From the NCBI GenBank assembly GCA_049651785.1, contig JBASCT010000021.1, positions 1 to 50,850 on the forward strand: a stretch of 50,850 nt of DNA. The letters are read 5' to 3'. Positions 35,932-43,860 of the stretch are shown here, one piece after another. A model generated the notes under the pieces. It searched no databases. It was given only the letters and a program-made list of their open reading frames with translations, and was not told where the DNA came from. Made by a program: the position numbers and the translations under genes. Source of the DNA: Minisyncoccia bacterium. Lineage in GTDB: Bacteria; Patescibacteriota; Minisyncoccia; Phycocordibacterales; Zambryskibacteraceae. How positions within the stretch are numbered: the first letter of the stretch is position 1; each line of letters begins with the position of its first letter.

Positions 35932-36414
35932 AAAGAGGGGCACAAGAAAGTGGGGATTATTGCCGTAAGCTTCACTGTTGTTGAAGCGTTGAACTTTGCT
36001 TTTGATTTCATCACTTATCCACTGGCGATAGGATATCTTGGCGCCACCAAAGGTGGTGCTATTATGACAGTGCTCGCTCTCGGTTTAAATTATGGGTTGG
36101 TTGTTTTTTATAATAAAACAAACAGGGATTGGTTCGGTTTTGAGTGGTTAAGGCTTCAGAAACAAGAGGAGGCTAAGAGCGGACCAGGAAGAATTCTTCG
36201 CCACATACTACATTTTGGTCACTGGCCAGCTTATGTTTTTCTTTCGTGGCAAGATCCTTTCAAAGCTTTCGTTTTTGTCCGTGGTCGCAAGGCAGTAGGG
36301 GAGAAATTTAACAAAGCTGATTGGGCATGGTTTTTTGGGACAAATCTTCTCGGTAATTTAATCTGGATTGTAATAGTCTCTGGTGCGATTGAACTTATTA
36401 AACGCCTAATCTAA
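35929..36414 (+). CDS. Hypothetical membrane protein, 161 aa
   Basis: Track ORF with at least three hydrophobic helices. No family recognised. Confidence 0.6.
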   Translation: MKEGHKKVGIIAVSFTVVEALNFAFDFITYPLAIGYLGATKGGAIMTVLALGLNYGLVVFYNKTNRDWFGFEWLRLQKQEEAKSGPGRILRHILHFGHWPAYVFLSWQDPFKAFVFVRGRKAVGEKFNKADWAWFFGTNLLGNLIWIVIVSGAIELIKRLI

Positions 36415-36457
36415 ACAACACTGTCTATACGTTTTCAAATAGGTGTATAATTTGTGT

Positions 36458-36844
36458 ATGTCTATATCCTTAGATGAAAACACAAAAAGGTTGTTTGCTT
36501 TAGTGTTGATTCTTGTATTTGGAGTAATAACTTTCTCTACCTATAAATATTATGCACAAGAGAACTATACTCTCTATATTAAGACAAGTTGTGATCCAAC
36601 ATTAAATAATTGTTTTGTACAAAATTGTGATAGCGAAGAAGATATACGTTGTCCTTACACAGGAGATTACTATTACAAGATAATATTAAAAAATGCTTCT
36701 CAAATACCCTCATGTTTATCTGATGATTCCAACGCCTGTGGCGAGTTGACTTGTAACGACGATAATTGTGAAATTATCTATTGTTCTGAAGAAAACATTG
36801 AATTATTCGGACCCGAAGACACCTGTTCTTCCATAAGTGACTAA
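36458..36844 (+). CDS. Membrane-anchored Cys-rich protein (hypothetical)
   Basis: TATAAT 36446-36451 lies 6 nt upstream of ATG 36458; the track GTG start 36443 would sit inside the promoter. One TM helix, then a domain with at least 10 Cys. Confidence 0.55.
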   Translation: MSISLDENTKRLFALVLILVFGVITFSTYKYYAQENYTLYIKTSCDPTLNNCFVQNCDSEEDIRCPYTGDYYYKIILKNASQIPSCLSDDSNACGELTCNDDNCEIIYCSEENIELFGPEDTCSSISD

Positions 36845-36851
36845 CAGAAAA

Positions 36852-37646
36852 ATGGTAGAAGCGACACATACCACGATTGTTAACGAGATATACTCGACTC
36901 TTTCAGAAATAGAGCACGAATTAGTAAAACGCAGAAAGAATAAAAAACTCAAAAAATTGGTAGAAGATTTTCTTGGCACTTATTTACTAGAAGAACTTAG
37001 ACTGAAACCAAGAGCAGTTTTGTCACGAACAATAATTAATCCCAACACCGAATTTAGATATTTCTTAGATTTAGCCAAAGAACTTAAACTTGATCCATTA
37101 GGATTTGAGTATCACGATAAGTTTGTGACAAAGAATCCTGACAAATATCATCTTGCAAAAATGTATTTTGCAAAAAAAGAAAACGATGGCACTCAAACTT
37201 TATCAAGTACCAAAATAGTTGATTTTAATAAATACGAAGGTAAAAATTTTGAAGAAATAAAAACCCAAAATAATGAATCTCTAATTGACTTCCATCACAA
37301 AATCCTTCTTTCTAAATATCCAGAAATGCTTAATAATATTGTAGATATTACCCAATGGTTTCAGACCACAAGAAAGTTGTCCAAGTTTTATTACTTGTAT
37401 TTTTTATCCTTGTTTATTTGTCACGGGGTGTTATTTGATAACTTTCTTTTGAAAGAAAAAGGTGAGGCAGATTTTTTTGAAGAAAAAGTTTATCCGAGTT
37501 TTCAGGAAATAAGTAAAATGTTTGGCGTTAAACCACTTATTTACCCGCTTTTACCAATAGAGTACGAAAAAGATAGCCAATGGATGGCTTACGAGGATGA
37601 TATGAAACAGGAGATTGATGACAATTTTAATGATAAACTAAAATAG
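36852..37646 (+). CDS. Hypothetical protein, ~264 aa
   Basis: Track ORF 36837..37646 (GTG). ATG 36852 is more likely. Ends 2 nt before the kinase gene. No family recognised. Confidence 0.55.
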   Translation: MVEATHTTIVNEIYSTLSEIEHELVKRRKNKKLKKLVEDFLGTYLLEELRLKPRAVLSRTIINPNTEFRYFLDLAKELKLDPLGFEYHDKFVTKNPDKYHLAKMYFAKKENDGTQTLSSTKIVDFNKYEGKNFEEIKTQNNESLIDFHHKILLSKYPEMLNNIVDITQWFQTTRKLSKFYYLYFLSLFICHGVLFDNFLLKEKGEADFFEEKVYPSFQEISKMFGVKPLIYPLLPIEYEKDSQWMAYEDDMKQEIDDNFNDKLK

Positions 37647-37648
37647 TA

Positions 37649-39274
37649 ATGGGTTACAACTTAGAACAAAATATTGAATATTGTAGAGTAATTGTGGAAG
37701 AGTTTTCTGGTCTTTTATATTACTCACACATCCCTTCTGCAGCCGTAGCACTTTTAATTGGATTTTTTGTGTTCTGGAAAAATAAAGACTCTCTTCTTGC
37801 CATTCTTTTATTGATCATTAGTGTTTTATTTACTTTCTGGAGCGCTCTAGATTTGGCTATCTGGATGAACTATGCCAAGGGTGACATTGTGATGGCGGCG
37901 TGGGCACCAATAGAGCTTATTGCTGTACTAATATTTGTTTTCTGTTTGTACTTTGTGTATGTCTTTACTGATGGTAAAGATGTAAGTCTGTCTAAAAAAC
38001 TTATTTGGACTGCCCTTGTGTTACCAATGATATTAGTTTTGCCAACAGTATTTAATCTAGAGGGCTACGATATTCAGGAGTGTATAGCAACAGAGAGTAC
38101 GTATTACCAGCTGTACTATCGTGCACTTAAAATTATATTTTCTGTATGGATAGTATTTACTCTGATTCGCAAATACATTGAAACCAAAGGTGAGTTTAAA
38201 AAACAAATAATGTTTCTAGGGCTAGGAATGACTATTTTTATTCTAAGTTTCTTTGTAGCGGGTTATGTATCAGATACAACTTTTGACTATAGTTACGAAA
38301 TGTATGGTTTGTTTGCCATGGCAATCTTCATGGCATTCCTAGCGTATCTAATTGTTAAATTTAAAACATTCCATCTTAAACTCTTTGGCGCCCAAGTTCT
38401 TATAATTTCTCTAATTATTCTCATCGGTTCTCAATTTGCTTTTATTCAGACTACTACTAATAAAATCCTTACCTCTGTAACATTAATAATTACCGGTCTC
38501 ATCGGCATTAATTTGATCAGAAGCGTTAGAAAGGAAATTGAAGCTAAGAAGCACATTGAAAAACTTGCAGGTGAGTTGCAGACAGCCAACGAAGGTCAGC
38601 AAAATCTTATCCATATTATTAACCACCAGATTAAGGGCTACTTGGCGAAGGCGAGAAATATATTCTCCGAACTTTTGAATGAGCCGAGTTATGGCCCCGT
38701 CTCGGACGCTTCTAAGCCGATGCTTGAAGAAGGATTCAAGTCGCTCACGGAGGGTGTTGACCTCGTCAAAGACTTTTTGGATGCCTCCAATATCGAGCGG
38801 GGCTCGTATGCCTTCAGTCTCGCACCCCTTGATTTCAGGGCACTCGTCGAAGAGATGGCGGAGAAAGAGAAGAGTCTCGCGGAAGATAGAAAGCTTTCTT
38901 ACGAAGTGAAAATTGAGAATGGTGACTACAACACAAAAGGGGATAAGCTCCAGCTCGGACAAGCGGTCAAGAACCTGATAGACAACTCTATCCGCTACAC
39001 TCTCGAGGGTGGTCTCTCTGTAAATCTCTCAAGGAAGGATGGCAAGATTCTCTTCTCGGTCAAAGACACTGGCGTTGGTCTCTCGGAAGAGTTGAAGCCG
39101 AAACTCTTTACCCAAGGCGGTCGTGACAAGAACTCTATCAAGATAAACATCAACTCCACTGGCTTCGGTCTCTCCTTCGTTAAAAGTGTTGTTGAAGCAC
39201 ATAAGGGTCGTGTCTGGGCCGAGTCCGACGGTCCCAACAAAGGCTCCACTTTTTACATGGAATTGCCAGTGTAA
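37649..39274 (+). CDS. Sensor histidine kinase with large multi-TM N-terminal domain
   Basis: About 8 hydrophobic helices. H-box region IHIINHQIKGYL. N box NLIDNSIRYT, G1 DTGVGL, G2 GFGLSF. No response regulator nearby. Confidence 0.85.
   Translation: MGYNLEQNIEYCRVIVEEFSGLLYYSHIPSAAVALLIGFFVFWKNKDSLLAILLLIISVLFTFWSALDLAIWMNYAKGDIVMAAWAPIELIAVLIFVFCLYFVYVFTDGKDVSLSKKLIWTALVLPMILVLPTVFNLEGYDIQECIATESTYYQLYYRALKIIFSVWIVFTLIRKYIETKGEFKKQIMFLGLGMTIFILSFFVAGYVSDTTFDYSYEMYGLFAMAIFMAFLAYLIVKFKTFHLKLFGAQVLIISLIILIGSQFAFIQTTTNKILTSVTLIITGLIGINLIRSVRKEIEAKKHIEKLAGELQTANEGQQNLIHIINHQIKGYLAKARNIFSELLNEPSYGPVSDASKPMLEEGFKSLTEGVDLVKDFLDASNIERGSYAFSLAPLDFRALVEEMAEKEKSLAEDRKLSYEVKIENGDYNTKGDKLQLGQAVKNLIDNSIRYTLEGGLSVNLSRKDGKILFSVKDTGVGLSEELKPKLFTQGGRDKNSIKININSTGFGLSFVKSVVEAHKGRVWAESDGPNKGSTFYMELPV
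38978..39271 (+). repeat. Direct repeat copy 1 (3' end of the histidine kinase gene)
   Basis: 294 nt aligns without indels to 44290-44583 with about 18 mismatches counted by eye. Codon-level similarity extends ~12 nt further upstream. Confidence 0.9.
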
Positions 39275-39289
39275 TGAATATTTAACTTT

Positions 39290-40504
39290 ATGCTCAAACG
39301 CATTACTGGATATGATTATTCTCCTGATTTAGAAGAAGTAGAGGTTATCGAGAGAAAGGGGATTGGCCATCCAGATAGCGTTGCAGACATAATTGCCGAA
39401 TCATTTTCAAATGATTATTCAAAATATTATCAAAAAAAATACGGCAAAATTTTAAATCACTGGTTTGATAAAGTTTTAATTTCTGGAGGGGAAGCTATCC
39501 TTAGACCTGGATTTGGTAGTATTATCAAAAAACCAAAGGTATATCTTTTTGGCAAAATAACCAGAGTAAGCAATGACGATTTAAATATTGAAGAATTTTT
39601 TAAAATTACAGTTTTTAGGGTAATGCGCGATATATTCGGTATTGAAGATGAAATAATGCCAGATATTGTTGTAGATACCAACTCTGGAGTCGGAGCAGAA
39701 CACCCTATAAGTTTTTATAATACCAATGTTTATGATATTACTAAAGAGAGTGATGACTTAGTTTCAAACGACACAATTTTCTGCAATGGATACTATCCAT
39801 ATACTAAATTAGAACATTACGTTTGTGACCTTGAAAATTATATTAACTCCAAATCATTTAAAGAAAATCATTATTATACTGGTTTTGATGTTAAGGTTCT
39901 TGCTAAACGAATTAAAAATAATATAGATATCACGGTATGCATTCCTTTTATTGCGGCCAGAACAGAATCTTGGGCATTATATTTTGAATTAAAGAAAAAC
40001 ATTGAAAATGATCTTTACTTTTTTACTAAAAAATTTAAGTGGGACAGCGTCAATATACACCTAAACACAAAGGATCGAGAAGGCAAGGGCTTTTTAACTT
40101 TATATGGAAGCGCCTTCGACAAGGGTGATTTTGGTGTGGTAGGTAGGGGAAATAGATATTTGGGCTTCATCACCTCTTGTCGTGGGGAAACCCAAGAAGC
40201 TTATAGTGGAAAAAACCCAGTTATTCACTCGGGAAAATTATTCTCGATAATAGCTCATCGTATTGCAAGAAAGATAAGTATTCTAGATGGTGGTCCTGTT
40301 AAGGTTATTATATGTATCAATAACGGGTCTCCTATTAAAGAACCAGAATCTGTATTTGTATTTACTAAAGATAAGAAAATATCTGATCAGCATATAAGAG
40401 GATTATTGCTCAACGAATTTAATAATATTCACAATATTACTACTCACATTATTAATTTAAATCCAGTAGAAGAGTTTGTTACAAAAAGCATTCTACTATC
40501 ATAA
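39290..40504 (+). CDS. Archaeal-type S-adenosylmethionine synthetase (MAT, PF01941-like) homolog
   Basis: ERKGIGHPDSVADIIAE, SNDTIFCNGYYP, GDFGVVGRGNR and SGKNPVIHSGK align by eye to the conserved blocks of archaeal MAT. Confidence 0.7.
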   Translation: MLKRITGYDYSPDLEEVEVIERKGIGHPDSVADIIAESFSNDYSKYYQKKYGKILNHWFDKVLISGGEAILRPGFGSIIKKPKVYLFGKITRVSNDDLNIEEFFKITVFRVMRDIFGIEDEIMPDIVVDTNSGVGAEHPISFYNTNVYDITKESDDLVSNDTIFCNGYYPYTKLEHYVCDLENYINSKSFKENHYYTGFDVKVLAKRIKNNIDITVCIPFIAARTESWALYFELKKNIENDLYFFTKKFKWDSVNIHLNTKDREGKGFLTLYGSAFDKGDFGVVGRGNRYLGFITSCRGETQEAYSGKNPVIHSGKLFSIIAHRIARKISILDGGPVKVIICINNGSPIKEPESVFVFTKDKKISDQHIRGLLLNEFNNIHNITTHIINLNPVEEFVTKSILLS

Positions 40505-40510
40505 AATATT

Positions 40511-41374
40511 ATGCATATATTGGTTTCTTTATTTCACACTACTATCGATTTGCCCAGCTTATATGTTTTTGACTCTGATTTGAATCCAGTACTTAAATTT
40601 GCAAATGAATACAGAAACATCAAAGGATTGTTTTTAAGTAAAAGTTTTATATATGCCGGCTATAAGGATGAAAATAATGATTGTTGGCTGTTAATATTTT
40701 CCAAGCAATTTTTTAAACTTGTAAATAAATGTTTACTAATAAACACCATTGACATACACTCCATCTACATAACGAATAATCTGTTGTATGTAGTATCAAG
40801 TGGGACAAACAGTATTTATGTGTATAAAATTGATAACTTGGAGAATCTGAATAAAGCCAATCCCATCAGTAACATAAAAACATTAATTACTGATATAGAC
40901 AATGAAGACATTCTTCATTTAAACAGTATTTATATAAAAGAAAACAACGACTTATTTATTACGGGTTTTGGAGGCAAGAAGCAGGGGGAATGGAATAAAG
41001 AATGCAATGGCTTCATATTGAACATTAAGCAGAATATAGTACTATTGGATGGAATATTTCACCCGCACTCATTATTTTTTAGAGACTCTGATATGTGGTT
41101 TTGTGAATCTGGTAAAAAAAGAGTATATAAAAATAAAGAAATCGTGGTGGATAAAGCAGATGGGTATACTAGGGGTCTCGCTCTTTCTGAGAACGGCAAG
41201 TTTCTATTACTAGGAACTTCTACTTCACGTATTTATGGTCAAGAAGAGGTTGACCTAAAAACAAGTGGGGTTCATAAATTTGAAATAAATGAAAAATCAT
41301 TTTTAGTGCCTGTAAAGTCATTTTATTTTAAAGATACACAGGCGGAGATTTATGACTTAATAGAGTTAAGATGA
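40511..41374 (+). CDS. DUF4915/TIGR03032-like beta-propeller protein
   Basis: LHLNSIY, HPHSLFFRDSDMWFCESGKKRV, GYTRGLAL and EIYDLIEL resemble the conserved blocks I recall for that family. Assigned from memory only. Confidence 0.5.
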   Translation: MHILVSLFHTTIDLPSLYVFDSDLNPVLKFANEYRNIKGLFLSKSFIYAGYKDENNDCWLLIFSKQFFKLVNKCLLINTIDIHSIYITNNLLYVVSSGTNSIYVYKIDNLENLNKANPISNIKTLITDIDNEDILHLNSIYIKENNDLFITGFGGKKQGEWNKECNGFILNIKQNIVLLDGIFHPHSLFFRDSDMWFCESGKKRVYKNKEIVVDKADGYTRGLALSENGKFLLLGTSTSRIYGQEEVDLKTSGVHKFEINEKSFLVPVKSFYFKDTQAEIYDLIELR

Positions 41375-42255
41375 AAAAAACGATAACTTATATTGGAATA
41401 TCGCCGTTTAATAGTAGTCCTAGAATGGGAGGCCTGAGGACAATGCTATACACATATGTTTTTACTCGTCATAATAATGGACTTATATATTTAAAATCAG
41501 ATGATACTAATCCAGGCAGTAGAATTAAGGACAACTATTATTCCCAAGTTAAGTTTTTAAATGCGTGCGGCTTAAACTTTGAAAGCAATGAGCTAAAGAA
41601 TCCTAGTGGATCATCAATTTTTCAATCTGAAAATAGCACAGTTTATACTGAATATTTAAATAAATTAGTTGATTGTGGGCTGACATCTGAAAAAGATAGC
41701 TTAGTCTCTTTAGATATTAGAGCAATAATTGATTATTTAAAATTGAAAAACATAACCATACACGATTTATTAAGGGGTGACATAAATTTTAAAGCAGATA
41801 GATTGGGTTATGAATATATACCACTATATTCTCGCAGTAAAAAAAGGTTTTTCTTCCATCTCCCAACTATTATTGATGAGTCAATCTACGGAACCACCCT
41901 GCTTATAAGAGGCGAAGATAAAATTTCTACAGCCCCGATTCATGAAATTTTAAAAAAATTCTTTTTGTTAGAGAAGCAAGATTATCTACACCTACCTTTA
42001 TTGTTAGACAAATCAACAAATAAAAGAATAAAAAGTGATAATTATTTAGTAAGCGAGATGGTCAAAAAGTACCCAACCCCTGTAGTGGTAGCATACTTAC
42101 TTTTATCTGGTTATAGGAGTAGAAGGTTTAAATATGTTTCATTAAGTGAATTTACTGAAGATTTCAATTATCACAAATTGAAAAAGCAGTCCGGAAAGTT
42201 TTATGAGGAAGATCTTATTAAAATATCCGAAAAATACCGTAAGCTAATTAAATAG
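41371..42255 (+). CDS. GluRS/GluQRS-like class I catalytic-domain paralog with degenerate HIGH and KMSKS
   Basis: ISPFNSSPRMGGLRTMLYTYVF (HIGH position reads PRMG), FQSE, LLIRGEDKISTAPIHE, YLHLPLLLD..NKRIKS. 294 aa with no anticodon-binding domain. ATGA overlap with the upstream gene. Confidence 0.6.
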   Translation: MKKTITYIGISPFNSSPRMGGLRTMLYTYVFTRHNNGLIYLKSDDTNPGSRIKDNYYSQVKFLNACGLNFESNELKNPSGSSIFQSENSTVYTEYLNKLVDCGLTSEKDSLVSLDIRAIIDYLKLKNITIHDLLRGDINFKADRLGYEYIPLYSRSKKRFFFHLPTIIDESIYGTTLLIRGEDKISTAPIHEILKKFFLLEKQDYLHLPLLLDKSTNKRIKSDNYLVSEMVKKYPTPVVVAYLLLSGYRSRRFKYVSLSEFTEDFNYHKLKKQSGKFYEEDLIKISEKYRKLIK

Positions 42256-42267
42256 TTAACAATTATA

Positions 42268-42276
42268 TGTTATACT
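42268..42276 (+). promoter_or_regulatory. Extended -10 box TGtTATACT, 12 nt upstream of metG ATG
   Basis: Same 9-mer as upstream of leuS (9258-9266). Confidence 0.5.
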
Positions 42277-42288
42277 CAAAGATTAATT

Positions 42289-43743
42289 ATGCAGAAGCAA
42301 AAGTATTTTTACATAACGACGACATTGCCGTATGTAAACGCACAACCGCACATAGGTCACGCCTTGGAATTTGTACGTGCAGATTCGATAGCAAGATATA
42401 AAAAAATTAATGGCTATAATGTCTTTTTCAACACAGGCACTGATGAGCACGGGCAAAAACTGCTAGAAGCAGCAAATAAAAAAAATATTAACATTAAAAA
42501 TTATGTTGATACCAACTCGCAAGTATTCAAAAAATTACTCGTGATTTTGGGTATAAGTGAAAACATTAATTTTATTCGTACTACTGATCCTAATCATATA
42601 AAAGCGGCACAAGAATTTTGGAAAAGGGTCGAGAAAAACGGATTTATATATAAAGCCAAATATCAGGTAAGGTATTGTGTGGGGTGTGAACTTGAAAAAT
42701 TCGACTCAGACTTGGTGGATGGGAGGTGTCAGTATCATCCGACACTAGATATTCAGATAATAAATGAGGATAACTATTTCTTTAGACTTTCTGATTTTCA
42801 AGATAGATTAATCAGTCTTTTTGAGAAAAACATAAATTTTATTTTACCAGAGTCTAGATACAATGAAGCAAAAAATTTTATTTCACATGGGCTTAAAGAT
42901 TTTTCAATATCTAGATTGAAATCAAAGATGTCTTGGGGCATTCCGGTTCCCGGCGATGACGAGCACGTAATGTATGTATGGTTTGATGCCCTAACGAGCT
43001 ACATAAACGCCTTAGGATGGCCTGAAAACGTAGAAATTTTTAAGAAATATTGGGTTAATGGAACTCCTGTTCAGTATTGTGGACAAGACAACCTAAGACA
43101 ACAGTCAATTATATGGCAAGCAATGTTGATGGCTGCTAATTTACCAAACTCTAATAAAATAATTGTAAATGGTTTTGTGCTTGGTGAAGGCGGGGTAAAG
43201 ATGTCTAAAACTGCGGGTAATGTTATAGACCCCATTAAGTTGGTTGAAAATTATGGTAAAGACGCAGTACGTTTATACTTGCTGAAAAATATCCACCCAT
43301 GGAATGGCTCACCTATTTCATACAAATCATTCCATCTTACATATGAAGCTGAGCTTGTTAATGGTCTTGGTAACTTAACCTCACGGCTGTTGAATATGTC
43401 AGAAAAATATTTAAACGAACCAGTTAGTTTCCCAGATAAATTTGAATCTAAAGAATGGTTCGACCACTTTGAAGACTATAGAATGGATTTAGTTACTGAG
43501 TTTATATGGGGGAAAATCTACAAATTAGATAAATCGATCTCTGAAACTGAACCCTTTAAATTGGTCAGTACAGATCTGCCAAAAGCGCAAATGTTGTTAA
43601 AAGAATACGCAAGAGATTTATACACTATCGCCCAAATGCTAGAGCCGTTATTACCAGAAACAAGCCGTCAAGTTAAAGGTTTAATAAAACAGAACAAAAA
43701 ACCTAGGGCACCTCTTTTTCCAAGAAAAAGGATGTTAAAATAA
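42289..43743 (+). CDS. metG: Methionyl-tRNA synthetase (core form, 484 aa)
   Basis: PYVNAQPHIGHALE (HIGH), single knuckle CVGCE...CQYH, VWFDAL, KMSKTAGNVIDP. Confidence 0.9.
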   Translation: MQKQKYFYITTTLPYVNAQPHIGHALEFVRADSIARYKKINGYNVFFNTGTDEHGQKLLEAANKKNINIKNYVDTNSQVFKKLLVILGISENINFIRTTDPNHIKAAQEFWKRVEKNGFIYKAKYQVRYCVGCELEKFDSDLVDGRCQYHPTLDIQIINEDNYFFRLSDFQDRLISLFEKNINFILPESRYNEAKNFISHGLKDFSISRLKSKMSWGIPVPGDDEHVMYVWFDALTSYINALGWPENVEIFKKYWVNGTPVQYCGQDNLRQQSIIWQAMLMAANLPNSNKIIVNGFVLGEGGVKMSKTAGNVIDPIKLVENYGKDAVRLYLLKNIHPWNGSPISYKSFHLTYEAELVNGLGNLTSRLLNMSEKYLNEPVSFPDKFESKEWFDHFEDYRMDLVTEFIWGKIYKLDKSISETEPFKLVSTDLPKAQMLLKEYARDLYTIAQMLEPLLPETSRQVKGLIKQNKKPRAPLFPRKRMLK

Positions 43744-43747
43744 TACT

Positions 43748-43822
43748 GGGAGGGTAGCTCAGCCTGGTAGAGCACTGGTATCATTTACCAGAGGTCATGG
43801 TGTTCAAATCCCATCCCTCCTA
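43748..43822 (+). tRNA. tRNA-like gene, anticodon CAT (Met/Ile2 type), atypical structure
   Basis: Hand fold. Acceptor GGGAGGG/CCCTCCT (G1-U72). D arm GCTC-AGCCTGGTA-GAGC. Anticodon stem CTGGT/ACCAG with loop ATCATTT. T arm ATGG(T)G-TTCAAAT-CCCAT needs a bulged U. No CCA encoded. Confidence 0.6.
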
Positions 43823-43860
43823 CTAACTTTAATATTAAAAATATTGTAAGAGTTGTTGCA

